Source of the DNA: Candidatus Cloacimonadales bacterium
GTDB taxonomy: Bacteria > Cloacimonadota > Cloacimonadia > Cloacimonadales > JAFGVF01
DNA length: 64,000 nt
Reading direction: 5' to 3'
NCBI GenBank assembly: GCA_963662585.1
Contig: OY759729.1
Span: 1,152,001-1,216,000, forward strand
The stretch's first letter is position 1. Each line of letters starts with the position of its first letter. The notes under the pieces are model-generated. The model was not told the DNA's origin, did not search any database, and saw only the letters and a program-made list of their open reading frames with translations. Position numbers and translations under genes: made by a program. Below, piece after piece: positions 40,489 through 49,918 of the stretch.

Positions 40489-40505
40489 TGCAATTAGCGT
40501 TCCAA
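40489..40505 (-). promoter_or_regulatory. Sigma54 -24/-12 promoter
   Basis: Minus strand TTGGAACGCTAATTGCA versus consensus TGGCACGNNNNTTGCW; exact GG-N10-GC spacing, one mismatch. Confidence 0.65.
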
Positions 40506-40537
40506 ACTTTATTTCGTGATTAAAATATTTTTATAAT

Positions 40538-40570
40538 AATAAAGAGCAGATATTAAACCTGCTCTTTATT
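40538..40570 (-). terminator. Terminator of the glyA operon
   Basis: AATAAAGAGCAG...CTGCTCTTTATT 12-bp stem. Confidence 0.8.
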
Positions 40571-40593
40571 TAAGTTATTTGTTAGTTATACAG

Positions 40594-41895
40594 CTATTTT
40601 TTTAAAAGTTCAGGGTAGAGTGGGAAGTTAACAGTGAAATCTTTAACTTCATTTTTAATTTTTGCCAGAGCTTCATCATCATTGAAATTATCATATACTC
40701 TTTTGATAAAATCAGCAATAACTTTCATATCATCTTCTTTCATTCCACGAGTAGTTACAGCAGGGGTACCAATTCTAATACCAGAGGCAACGAATGGAGA
40801 ACGGGTATCAAAAGGAACTGTATTTTTGTTTGCAGTGATACCAGCTTTATCTAGTGCTCCTTCCATAGCTTTTCCTGAAGGGTTTCCTGAATCAGCTGTA
40901 CCTAGGTTAATAAGAAGAAGGTGATTATCAGTGCCACCAGAAACTAATTCAAAGCCATTATTTACTAATTCTACAGCTAATCTAGCAGCATTTTTAACTA
41001 CTTGCTCTTGATAAGCTTTAAATTCAGGAGATAGGGCTTCTTTGAAAGCAACAGCTTTAGCAGCAATTACATGTTCTAATGGTCCACCTTGGATACCAGG
41101 GAAGACACTTGCATCAACAGCTGCAGCATATTCTTCTTTGCAGAGAATAAGTCCAGCACGAGGGCCTCTAAGAGTTTTGTGAGTAGTAGTAGTTACGATA
41201 TCAGCGTAAGGAACAGGATTATCATGCACACCTGCAGCTACTAAACCAGCGATATGAGCCATATCAACCATAAATTTAGCACCAACTTCATCACAGATAT
41301 CTCTAAATTTTTGGAAATCTATCTTTCTTGGATAGGCAGAAGCACCAGTAACGATTAAAGCAGGTTTATGCTCTAAGGCTAAAGCTCTAATTTGGTCATA
41401 ATCGAACATTTCTGTTTTTTGATCTACTGTATAATGAATAACATTATAGAGTTGGCCTGAGAAAGATAGCGGATGACCGTGGGTTAGGTGACCACCATGT
41501 GATAATTCTAGAGTAAGAATAGTATCTCCAGGTTTAATAATAGCAAAATAAGCACCCATATTAGCTTGAGAACCTGAATGAGGTTGCACATTAGCATGGT
41601 CTGCACCAAATAATTCTTTAGCTCTTTCGATAGCTAATTTTTCAACAACATCCACATTTTCACAACCGCCATAATAGCGACCATAAAGTTTGTAACTTCT
41701 TTTACCTGTCTTTTTAGATACTCTATAAGGATATCCTTCTGCGTATTTGTTGGTAAGGACAGAACCTTGAGCTTCAAGAACTGCTAAAGAAGTAAAGTTC
41801 TCAGAAGCGATTAATTCTAAGTTTTCGGTTTGACGAATTAATTCATCGTTCATTGCTACAAATAATTCAGGGTCATAAGATTTAATGTGTTTCAT
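40594..41895 (-). CDS. glyA: Serine hydroxymethyltransferase
   Basis: [32 protein letters not shown] (PLP lysine), SGIRIGTPA. Confidence 0.98.
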   Translation of the reverse strand: MKHIKSYDPELFVAMNDELIRQTENLELIASENFTSLAVLEAQGSVLTNKYAEGYPYRVSKKTGKRSYKLYGRYYGGCENVDVVEKLAIERAKELFGADHANVQPHSGSQANMGAYFAIIKPGDTILTLELSHGGHLTHGHPLSFSGQLYNVIHYTVDQKTEMFDYDQIRALALEHKPALIVTGASAYPRKIDFQKFRDICDEVGAKFMVDMAHIAGLVAAGVHDNPVPYADIVTTTTHKTLRGPRAGLILCKEEYAAAVDASVFPGIQGGPLEHVIAAKAVAFKEALSPEFKAYQEQVVKNAARLAVELVNNGFELVSGGTDNHLLLINLGTADSGNPSGKAMEGALDKAGITANKNTVPFDTRSPFVASGIRIGTPAVTTRGMKEDDMKVIADFIKRVYDNFNDDEALAKIKNEVKDFTVNFPLYPELLKK

Positions 41896-42335
41896 TATAA
41901 ATTCCTCTCATATACATTTATTTTATTTATTCTATTTTGATGTCTTCCACCTTCAAATTCGGTGTTTAACCAAGTATCCACAATACTTTTTGCTTCTTCA
42001 GGAGCTAAGAATCTTCCTCCCAGAGCTAAGATATTAGCATTATTATGTTCTTTTGATAATTTAGCATATTCGACATTATGACAGAGGGCAGCTCTAATTC
42101 CTGGGACTTTATTGGCTGCGATACTTATTCCAATTCCACTACCACAAATAATAATAGCATAATCAGCTAATCCATTTGCAACTGCTTGACCTGCTTTAAT
42201 TCCATAATCAGGATAATCAACAGAGTCATTATTATAGGTACCTAAGTCTTCAATATCATATCTTTTTGACAGATAATCTTTTATAATCTCTTTTAGTTCA
42301 AATCCGCCGTGATCTGCAGCTAAGATTAGTTTCAT
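41895..42335 (-). CDS. rpiB: Ribose-5-phosphate isomerase B
   Basis: ADHGG, SVDYPD, CGSGIG, HNNANIL, FEGGRH. Confidence 0.96.
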   Translation of the reverse strand: MKLILAADHGGFELKEIIKDYLSKRYDIEDLGTYNNDSVDYPDYGIKAGQAVANGLADYAIIICGSGIGISIAANKVPGIRAALCHNVEYAKLSKEHNNANILALGGRFLAPEEAKSIVDTWLNTEFEGGRHQNRINKINVYERNL

Positions 42336-42544
42336 TTTTCTTCCTTCTTTTCATCTTTTTTCTCTAAGCCTCTTATTAAGTAGTAAGTTACGAAATAATA
42401 GATTATGCTCGAAATAAATGTCACTATAATTGTGTCAACAGTTCTTTGCTGATTATCTAAAAAAGGTATAAATTTATTAATCAAAAACAAAATTACAGAG
42501 AATATAATTGTTGATATCAGGCTAATTTTTACTCTTTTTGACAT
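42332..42544 (-). CDS. Small two-TM membrane protein
   Basis: 70 aa, two hydrophobic segments, coupled within the operon. Confidence 0.6.
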   Translation of the reverse strand: MSKRVKISLISTIIFSVILFLINKFIPFLDNQQRTVDTIIVTFISSIIYYFVTYYLIRGLEKKDEKKEEK

Positions 42545-42551
42545 ATTTCCC

Positions 42552-43802
42552 TCATTTTTTTATTAATTTTTTAGCTATCTCTTTTACTTTTCTTATTATT
42601 AATTCTTCATCAGCCACAAGGCCTCTATTCATAACAATCTTTCCATTACAAACGACAGTATCAAGGCAGGAACTATCAGCGCTATAAACTAAATTAGAGA
42701 TTAAGTTATAGTTAGGAGTTAAGAAGGGATTATTATTTTTGAGCAAGATAAAGTCTGCTAATTTACCTTCTTTTATTAAGCCTGCATCAATCTGTAGGGC
42801 TTCAAAACCGGTTAAAGTTGCATCTTTAAATACTTCTGTGGCTGGATATAGTTTCGGATCCATTTCTATATATTTAGGTAATAGGGCTGCAAACTTCATT
42901 TCTTCTAAGGAAGAAAGGTTATTGTTAGAAGAACAGCCATCAGTACCAATAGATATTTTTACGCCATACTCTTTTAAGAGTTTAAGGGGAAAGAATCCTG
43001 AAGCAAGTTTGAGGTTGGATACAGGATTATGCAGAACTGTAGCGCCTGAATCAGCGATTAGTTTTACATCGTTTTCAGTAAGCCAAACACAGTGAGCAAG
43101 TAGAGAGTTTGGCTTTAGAAGTCCTAGTGAGTTAAGATATTCTATAGGAGTCAAGCCATATTTAGCTTGGCAGTCGCTCACTTCTTTTTGAGTTTCGGCA
43201 ATATGAATATGAAGAAGTCTATTATTTTCTTCTGCATATTTAGCAATCCAGATTAAGGATTCTTTTGATACAGTATAAATGGCATGAGGTCCTAAAGCGA
43301 ATTTAACTCTCTCGCTATCTTGGTTATCAGCAAAGAACTTTTCAGCATTAGCAATCTGTCTATGTGCTTCCTCTAAGTTATTCTGATCAATAAAGACTTG
43401 TGAGATTACAGCCCTTATGCCTGCATCTTCAGTAGCTTTGGCAGTTGCCATGCTATGCCAGTACATATCATTAAAACAGGTAGTACCGCATTTAATCATC
43501 TCTAAGCAGGCTAATCTAACTCCCCAATAAACATCTTCTTCTGTTAGTTTAGCTTCAAGAGGCCAGATATAATTACTAAGCCAGTCAAAGAGCTCTAAGT
43601 CATCTGCATAAGCCCGTAAGAGGGTCATACCTGCATGAGTATGACTATTCACAAAAGAAGGTAAGATATACATTCCTTGGGCCTCAAACACTTGCTCATC
43701 ATTAACAGGAATATTAGGAGCTATAGTCTCTATTCTATTATTATTTATTAAAATGTCGGTAATATTATTGTTCAGATTAACATTCTTGAATAATTTCTTC
43801 AT
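42552..43802 (-). CDS. Amidohydrolase, MTA/SAH-deaminase (MtaD)-like
   Basis: NSHTH, GPHAIYT, HIHIAET, HNPVSNLKLASG, GTDG. Confidence 0.85.
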   Translation of the reverse strand: MKKLFKNVNLNNNITDILINNNRIETIAPNIPVNDEQVFEAQGMYILPSFVNSHTHAGMTLLRAYADDLELFDWLSNYIWPLEAKLTEEDVYWGVRLACLEMIKCGTTCFNDMYWHSMATAKATEDAGIRAVISQVFIDQNNLEEAHRQIANAEKFFADNQDSERVKFALGPHAIYTVSKESLIWIAKYAEENNRLLHIHIAETQKEVSDCQAKYGLTPIEYLNSLGLLKPNSLLAHCVWLTENDVKLIADSGATVLHNPVSNLKLASGFFPLKLLKEYGVKISIGTDGCSSNNNLSSLEEMKFAALLPKYIEMDPKLYPATEVFKDATLTGFEALQIDAGLIKEGKLADFILLKNNNPFLTPNYNLISNLVYSADSSCLDTVVCNGKIVMNRGLVADEELIIRKVKEIAKKLIKK

Positions 43803-43819
43803 AATCTTTTTCCCTTATA

Positions 43820-44311
43820 TTAATGAATAAAATCAATTAAAAACTCTTTATATTGCGGGAACTTACTTATTAAAAGCTCACAATCAACTTCCTGATAATC
43901 ATCATATATAAAAGCTGGAGATAATGTAGCACCAATTAAGGAGTATTCTCCTCCCTTAACCATTCTAGCACAGAAAATTGTTCCTGCTTTAATAATAACT
44001 TGCGGTTTTTGATCTAGGAGAATATCACTGCCCATAATAACTAGTTCCTGAGTATTGTTAGAATTGATAAGGAGTAGTTCAATTGGATTGCCACTGTAAA
44101 AATGCCAAATTTCATCTTGTTTTAAATAGTGAGGAAAAGACAAAGATTCTTCTCCAAAAAGATAAAAAATGGCTGAAGAGCTTTCTCTTTCTGCTTCAAT
44201 ATTAGGAAAATAAGCTTTCACTTCAGAAGTATAGCTTCTTTTAAAGAAACCACCTTCAAGGGGGTGTGATATTAAGTTTAATTTATTTATAATTTCTTGG
44301 TATTTTGACAT
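43820..44311 (-). CDS. Cupin superfamily protein (DUF985-like)
   Basis: HPLEGGFF, SAIFYL, DEIWHFYSG, LSPAF. Confidence 0.85.
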   Translation of the reverse strand: MSKYQEIINKLNLISHPLEGGFFKRSYTSEVKAYFPNIEAERESSSAIFYLFGEESLSFPHYLKQDEIWHFYSGNPIELLLINSNNTQELVIMGSDILLDQKPQVIIKAGTIFCARMVKGGEYSLIGATLSPAFIYDDYQEVDCELLISKFPQYKEFLIDFIH

Positions 44312-44387
44312 TGCACTTCCACTCTTTTATTCATGATAATATTTTATCTTAGGGTTAACTTGTCAAAGATTATTTTTCCCTCCAACG

Positions 44388-44408
44388 AAAAAAAGGGCAA
44401 ATGCCCTT
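44388..44408 (-). terminator. Probable terminator after feoA
   Basis: AAGGGCA-AA-TGCCCTT with a U-tract on the minus strand. Confidence 0.6.
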
Positions 44409-44470
44409 AAATTTATTTTGATATTTCACTAAAGTATAAGTTGTATTTTGAATATTTAGAAGCTAATTCG

Positions 44471-44812
44471 TCATTTATGAAAGAATCTTCCCCAGCCAAA
44501 ACCCTTCTTTCTAGTCCCATGACCACCATGGTGATGACCTCTACCCTGTCCGTGTCTGCCACATGGTTCTCTTAATTCTACTATTAGTTCTGTTGCTTCC
44601 TCTTTTCTTAAGGAAACTTTCGAGCCATTTAGACATACTTCTATTGGGTCTCCTAGTGGAGCTTTCTTAGTTACCCGAAGAGTTTCTCCTCTAATTAAAC
44701 CTAAACTGAATAATTTTTGTCTATACTCTTTATCTATGTTAGCATATCCAACTATTTCGACCCTATTCCCCATTGGAATATCTTTTAGTGATAATTGCTT
44801 TTCACTATTCAT
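44471..44812 (-). CDS. feoA: FeoA-family protein with His/Gly-rich C-terminal tail
   Basis: YRQKLFSLGL..G..KAPLGDPIEV..SLRKEEA; start at ATG 44812 with GAGGTG RBS. Confidence 0.88.
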   Translation of the reverse strand: MNSEKQLSLKDIPMGNRVEIVGYANIDKEYRQKLFSLGLIRGETLRVTKKAPLGDPIEVCLNGSKVSLRKEEATELIVELREPCGRHGQGRGHHHGGHGTRKKGFGWGRFFHK

Positions 44813-44828
44813 ACTCACCTCTTAATAA

Positions 44829-44844
44829 GTTAGTTATTACTAAC
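44829..44844. promoter_or_regulatory. Palindromic operator upstream of feoA (DtxR/MntR-like box, inferred)
   Basis: GTTAG-TTATTA-CTAAC, lying between a TTGACA (-35, ~44864-44869 minus) and the RBS. Confidence 0.5.
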
Positions 44845-45059
44845 ATAATTCAAGTCGATATTCTGTCAAACTCTTTTTTAAATATTTTACACTTTTCTGA
44901 TAATTTAGTTTGTTAACATTGATATAGTAAGTAATTTATCAGCATGAAATAAACTAAGAAGCTATAATTTGCTGATAAAAAAAGCAAGGAATAATAATGT
45001 TATTGACTTAGAATACTAGGTCAAATTTATTGTCTGAAAATATCAATAAAGTAGGAATA

Positions 45060-46481
45060 ATGAAAGAAAATAGAAATTTAACTGAAGGGAATATCTTTAA
45101 GACCATACTGTTATTGTCATTACCAATAATGGCTCAATCATTTATTCAAATGGCCTATAACATGACAGATATGTTATGGATAGGCAGAGTAGGTTCAGGG
45201 GCAGTAGCTTCTGTAGGAACAGCTGGTTTCTTAATCTGGTTTAGCTTTGCCTTTATAATTATAGCTAAAATTGGTGCTGAAGTTGGTGTAGCTCAATCAA
45301 TTGGCAAGAAAGATAATCTTTTGGCTCGAGATTTTGCTCGTAATGCTCTTCAATTATCTATACTATTTGGCTTAGTTTATACTTTAGCTATGCTACTATT
45401 TTCTAAACATCTCATTGGTTTTTTCCGTTTAGGTGATGAAGAAGTTATCAGACAGTCTATTAGTTATCTCAAAATAGTATCATGGGGAATTATATTCACT
45501 TTCATAAATCCTATTCTCTCTGGTATCTATAACGGAATGGGAAACAGTAAAACCCCCTTCTATATTAATGCTGTTGGACTAGTAATTAACATAGTATTAG
45601 ACCCCATATTAATCTTTGTTTTTAATTTCGGTGTTGATGGTGCAGCTTATGCTACAGTGGTATCTCAAGCTGTAGTTACCCTAATTTTTATAGGACTTTT
45701 TAGAAGTAAACATGCTCCTTTTGCTGAGTTTCACTTTTTCAAAAAGCCTATCCCTCATGTTATCAAACAAATTTTTGCTTTCGGAACCCCCATTGGTGTT
45801 CAGTCTGGATTATTCACTCTATTCGCAACCTTAATAGCTAGAATCATTTCTCAATGGGGACCAGTACCAATTGCGGTTCAGAAAGTTGGCAGTCAGATTG
45901 AAGCTATTTCTTGGATGACTGCTGGTGGATTCTCCACAGCTTTAAGTTCATTTGTAGGACAGAATTTTGGTGCTAAACAATGGGAACGCATCTCCAAAGG
46001 ATATTTTACCACGATTGCACTTGCAGGTTCAATAGGTATTATTGCTTCTCTTGTGTTAATTTTCTTTGCCGAACCAATCTTTGTCGTCTTTATTCCTAAT
46101 GACCCTGAAGCTCTTAGATTAGGAGCTGATTATCTAAGAATCTTAGGACTTTCTCAGTTCTTTATGACAATAGAAATTACTTCTCAAGGTGCTTTTAATG
46201 GTTTAGGTAAGACTTTACCTCCTTCCCTTATAAGTATTATTTTTACTGGAGCAAGGTTACCTTTGGCCATGGTATTATCAGCCTCTACCCTACTTGGTTT
46301 AAATGGAGTATGGTGGTCAATATCTATTAGTAGCATCTTCAAAGGCCTTATCTTGTCAGGCTTGTTCATTGCACTGCTAATTAAACATCCTGAAGTAAAA
46401 GGACCTAAAAATATTACTCAATTAATCTTCAGATTTGACAGACGGGCTTGGCAAGATAAGCGTGGCTTAGCAGGAAAATAG
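45060..46481 (+). CDS. MATE-family efflux transporter
   Basis: LTEGNIFK, YNMTDMLWIG, GNSKTPF, VGQNFGAK; likely ATG at 45060. Confidence 0.92.
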   Translation: MKENRNLTEGNIFKTILLLSLPIMAQSFIQMAYNMTDMLWIGRVGSGAVASVGTAGFLIWFSFAFIIIAKIGAEVGVAQSIGKKDNLLARDFARNALQLSILFGLVYTLAMLLFSKHLIGFFRLGDEEVIRQSISYLKIVSWGIIFTFINPILSGIYNGMGNSKTPFYINAVGLVINIVLDPILIFVFNFGVDGAAYATVVSQAVVTLIFIGLFRSKHAPFAEFHFFKKPIPHVIKQIFAFGTPIGVQSGLFTLFATLIARIISQWGPVPIAVQKVGSQIEAISWMTAGGFSTALSSFVGQNFGAKQWERISKGYFTTIALAGSIGIIASLVLIFFAEPIFVVFIPNDPEALRLGADYLRILGLSQFFMTIEITSQGAFNGLGKTLPPSLISIIFTGARLPLAMVLSASTLLGLNGVWWSISISSIFKGLILSGLFIALLIKHPEVKGPKNITQLIFRFDRRAWQDKRGLAGK

Positions 46482-46488
46482 TTTTTCT

Positions 46489-47304
46489 TTAGGCAAATAG
46501 TACAAGACTTATTGCCATAACAACCATACCAGCTATTAAGCCATAGATTGATAAGTGATGTTTTCCATACTTTTCACTAGTAGGAAGTAATTCATCAAAG
46601 GAAATAAATACCATAATTCCTGCTACAGAAGCGAATATTAAACCGAAAACTAAATCACTTAAGAAAGGCATAAGAACTAAGAAAGCTAGTATTGCTCCTA
46701 CAGGTTCTGATAAACCAGATAACAAGGAATACCAAAAGGCTTTTTTCCTACTTCCAGTAGCATAATAGATTGGTACTGAAACAGCAATTCCTTCAGGAAT
46801 GTTATGAATTGCAATAGCTATTGTTATACCGATTCCTAGATGGGGATCTTTTAGTGCTGCTGTAAAAGTAGCGATTCCTTCAGGGAAGTTATGGATAGCG
46901 ATAGCTAAAGCTGACATTATTCCCATACGCATCAAACCTTTATCTCGATTTGCAGGTGTCATTGATTCTACTGATTTTACTTCATGGGGATTTTCATATT
47001 CTGGAACTAATTTATCAATTAAAGCGATTATTCCCATGCCAGCAAAAAATGCTATCACTGTGTATAAATAGGCTAAATTATTTTGGGTGAAATAGTTTCC
47101 TAAGGCAGATTTTGCTTTAGGAAAAATCTCAATCATCGAAACATAGATCATCACTCCAGCAGAAAAGCCTAAGGAAATAGAAAGAAAAGAAGTGTTTGTT
47201 TTTTTAGCAAAAAGAGCGATTAAAGAACCGATACCTGTAGCAAGTCCAGCAAAAAGTGTCAAACTGAGAGCAAATAAGACTGTTTGAGTTGTGATATTTT
47301 CCAA
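46489..47304 (-). CDS. zupT: ZIP-family zinc/divalent metal transporter
   Basis: FSAGVMIYVS, ENPHE, IAIHNFPEG, IHNIPEG; TTG start with GGAG RBS. Confidence 0.93.
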   Translation of the reverse strand: MENITTQTVLFALSLTLFAGLATGIGSLIALFAKKTNTSFLSISLGFSAGVMIYVSMIEIFPKAKSALGNYFTQNNLAYLYTVIAFFAGMGIIALIDKLVPEYENPHEVKSVESMTPANRDKGLMRMGIMSALAIAIHNFPEGIATFTAALKDPHLGIGITIAIAIHNIPEGIAVSVPIYYATGSRKKAFWYSLLSGLSEPVGAILAFLVLMPFLSDLVFGLIFASVAGIMVFISFDELLPTSEKYGKHHLSIYGLIAGMVVMAISLVLFA

Positions 47305-47483
47305 AATTAATCTCCACTATTTATTTTTTAACCAAATTATGCGTCTATTTAACAATAAATCCCCAACAACATTAGTTATGGTTTAATAATAAAAAGAAAT
47401 AGTTAAATTGGCAAGTTTTTTTCTTTTTCCTTTACACAATTGCTAGTCCTAAATTTTGGTAAAGAAAAAAATTTGAGGAATAA

Positions 47484-48389
47484 ATGGAAAAATTTAGATT
47501 ATATAGCTTTGCCATCTTATCGATGCTATTCTGGAGTTCAACTTTTGTTTGGTTCAAAATAGCTTACGAGAACTTTCAACCCTTTACTATCATCTTCTTA
47601 AGATTACTCTTGGCAGGAATCCTCTTAGAGCTTTATGCTAGACTCTTTAAAAGACATGAAACCATAAAAAGAGAGGACTTTAAGATATTTCTTCTTTTAT
47701 CATTCTGTGAACCATTTTGTTATTTTCTAGGTGAAAGCTTTGGTTTGATGTTCATATCGGCGACCTTAGGCTCTTTGATTATATCGACAATACCTCTCTT
47801 CACACCTATTTTTACCTATATATTCTTGAAAGAGAAGTTGGGAATTTGGGGAATCATCGGTTTGTTAATTTCTTTCGCTGGCTTATTGTTTATTATCTTT
47901 GAAAATGCTGATCTGTCAGGTTCACTCCTCGGAGTAGCCTTAGAGTTCTTTGCGGTTTTTTCTGGTATAGCTTATGGTATAGTGGTTAAAAAATTAACTC
48001 ATAAATACAAAAGTATCACCATAGTCAAAGTTCAAAGTCAAATAGGAGCTCTCTTATTCTTACCTTTCTTTTTAATATTTGATTGGAGCAAGTTCCTAGC
48101 AATAGACCACTCTTTTTCAATCTACGCAGTAATCATCAAACTTTCTTTGTTTGGCTCTGTAGCTGCCTTTATTCTCTTCACAGAGGTAGTTAAAGGCATG
48201 GGACCTAACATCGCTAATATGTTCACTAATCTTATACCCGTATTCACCGCTGTATTTGCCTTCTTTATCTTAGGTGAAATGATAACCCCAATAAAACTAA
48301 TTGGTATTTTGACCGTTATTATTGGATTGTTTATTTCTCAGTTTAAAGGAAAATACTGGAAATTAAGATTCCGACCTGATCGAGGCTAG
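47484..48389 (+). CDS. DMT/EamA-family transporter
   Basis: ~10 TMs, two EamA-like halves (FLKEK, FILGE). Confidence 0.88.
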   Translation: MEKFRLYSFAILSMLFWSSTFVWFKIAYENFQPFTIIFLRLLLAGILLELYARLFKRHETIKREDFKIFLLLSFCEPFCYFLGESFGLMFISATLGSLIISTIPLFTPIFTYIFLKEKLGIWGIIGLLISFAGLLFIIFENADLSGSLLGVALEFFAVFSGIAYGIVVKKLTHKYKSITIVKVQSQIGALLFLPFFLIFDWSKFLAIDHSFSIYAVIIKLSLFGSVAAFILFTEVVKGMGPNIANMFTNLIPVFTAVFAFFILGEMITPIKLIGILTVIIGLFISQFKGKYWKLRFRPDRG

Positions 48390-48391
48390 TT

Positions 48392-49213
48392 ATGATATTT
48401 TTAGTATTAAGTATCATTGCCTCAGTTGCTATTGGTAATCTTCTTCATCTTTATAAAGAAAAAGATTCTAAGTTGAAAATACTCCAAGTTTTCCTTGGGA
48501 ATTATTTGGTTGCCAGTTTAGTTTCTTTCTTGATGATAGATGATTTTGAGTTAAATTTTAATGTTCTTGATTTGAGTCTGGGAGTAATTTTCGGGACCCT
48601 CTTCTTAGTTAACTTTATACTTTATCAGACAAATATTGTTAAGAATGGGATGTCAATGAGTATTTCAGTTATGAGAATCTCAGTAGTAGTTCCAATATTG
48701 GTATCTTTAATATTCTTTCAGGAGACTCTTCCCTGGCTCAATTATTTAGGCGTTTTCATCGTTATAACAGCATTTTTGCTAATGGGAAAAAGCTCTAGTA
48801 TTAGAAGTAAAGCCTGGTTGTTTATTCTTTTTTTCGTAACCGGCTTTACCGAAATTGGTTTAAAATTGTTTCATGAAATAGCTGAAACATCTCATAATCA
48901 AATGCTTTTTTATCTCTTTACTTCAGCTTTCTTAGTGAATCTAGTTATTTTACTTAAAAGAAAAGAGAAACTTCAATTAAAATATCTCACAGCAGGACTC
49001 GTCTTAGGTATTCCCAATCAGCTAACTTCCTACTTCTTCCTCTTGGGATTAAATAGTGTAGAAGCTGCCTATGCCTATCCTTTAGTATCATCAAATGTCG
49101 TTCTTCTCGGCTTCCTTACAGATAAATTATTATGGAAAACTAAATTCTCTCTCTATCAATATATTATTTTTGGCTTAATCTTTACTGGAGTAATTTTACT
49201 GAATATCAGATAG
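48392..49213 (+). CDS. DMT-superfamily membrane protein
   Basis: ~10 TMs, IFFQE, AYPLVS. Confidence 0.75.
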   Translation: MIFLVLSIIASVAIGNLLHLYKEKDSKLKILQVFLGNYLVASLVSFLMIDDFELNFNVLDLSLGVIFGTLFLVNFILYQTNIVKNGMSMSISVMRISVVVPILVSLIFFQETLPWLNYLGVFIVITAFLLMGKSSSIRSKAWLFILFFVTGFTEIGLKLFHEIAETSHNQMLFYLFTSAFLVNLVILLKRKEKLQLKYLTAGLVLGIPNQLTSYFFLLGLNSVEAAYAYPLVSSNVVLLGFLTDKLLWKTKFSLYQYIIFGLIFTGVILLNIR

Positions 49214-49217
49214 GCAG

Positions 49218-49322
49218 TCCTTGCTTTTCCAATGCTCCTCCCCTCCTTCTTCTCACTAAATCTAAATAAACTTCGAATATCATATCAGATGAGTGAGAAG
49301 GAGGACTGGAGGAAAAGATAAG
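49218..49322. repeat. ~100-bp pyrimidine-arm/purine-arm imperfect palindrome, copy 3
   Basis: AGATGAGTGAGAAGGAG is the exact 17-nt reverse complement of CTCCTTCTCACTCATCT in copy 2. Confidence 0.65.
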
Positions 49323-49376
49323 ATCCATTACACATCTGTTGGGATTTCTTAACTGAGAGCCTGCTTTGTCAGATTT

Positions 49377-49591
49377 GCTCCAGAGGAGCAGTTTCTTGGT
49401 AGTCTTGAATTAGTAAAAAAACCTCGCTCAGTAGGTGCGAAGATATACAAATTTTCATCATTAAAGCTTTAAATAAATAGGTATTTTTATCATAATCTTC
49501 ATTGCCATAACATCAAAAGCAATTCGCACCTACGGAGCGATTTCTTTTGGGATAAAATCTTTATTCTACCAAGAAATAGTTCCTCTGCAGC
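49377..49591. mobile_element. Non-autonomous nested inverted-repeat element (MITE/REP-doublet-like)
   Basis: Outer IR GCTCCAGAGGAGCAGTTTCTTGGTAG / CTACCAAGAAATAGTTCCTCTGCAGC; inner IR TCGCTCAGTAGGTGCGAA / TTCGCACCTACGGAGCGA. Confidence 0.6.
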
Positions 49592-49724
49592 TAGAAATTC
49601 TCACTTAAGACTTCAGCACTAAAACGGGGAGTTGAAGAGGCAAAGACTCTTGTTCGCTTCTTTACGAGAGTAATTAATAATAGCCCCGCAATACGAGGCT
49701 TATATCTTAAGATTTAGGGAATTA

Positions 49725-49906
49725 CCTGCAAGGATGCAGGCGTTCCCAGTTAAGAGGCCTGCAAGGATGCAAGCTTTCCCAGTTAAAAGGCCTGCAAGGA
49801 TGCAAGCGTTCCCAGTTAAAAGGCCTGCAAGGATGCGAGCCTTCCCAGTTAGAATGCCTGCAAGGATGCAAGCCTTCCCAGTTAGATTGCCTGCAAGGAT
49901 GCAAGC
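49725..49906. repeat. Tandem array, 6 x 33 bp REP-like units
   Basis: CCTGCAAGGATGCAAGC(G/C/T)TTCCCAGTTAnnnnG starts at 49725, 49758, 49791, 49824, 49857, 49890 (last partial). Confidence 0.97.
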
Positions 49907-49918
49907 ACCCTCCGTTTT

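Noticed and set aside
49725..49906. CRISPR or mini-CRISPR array
   Set aside because: Only ~5 variable nt between units, too short for spacers; matches the dispersed REP-like family.
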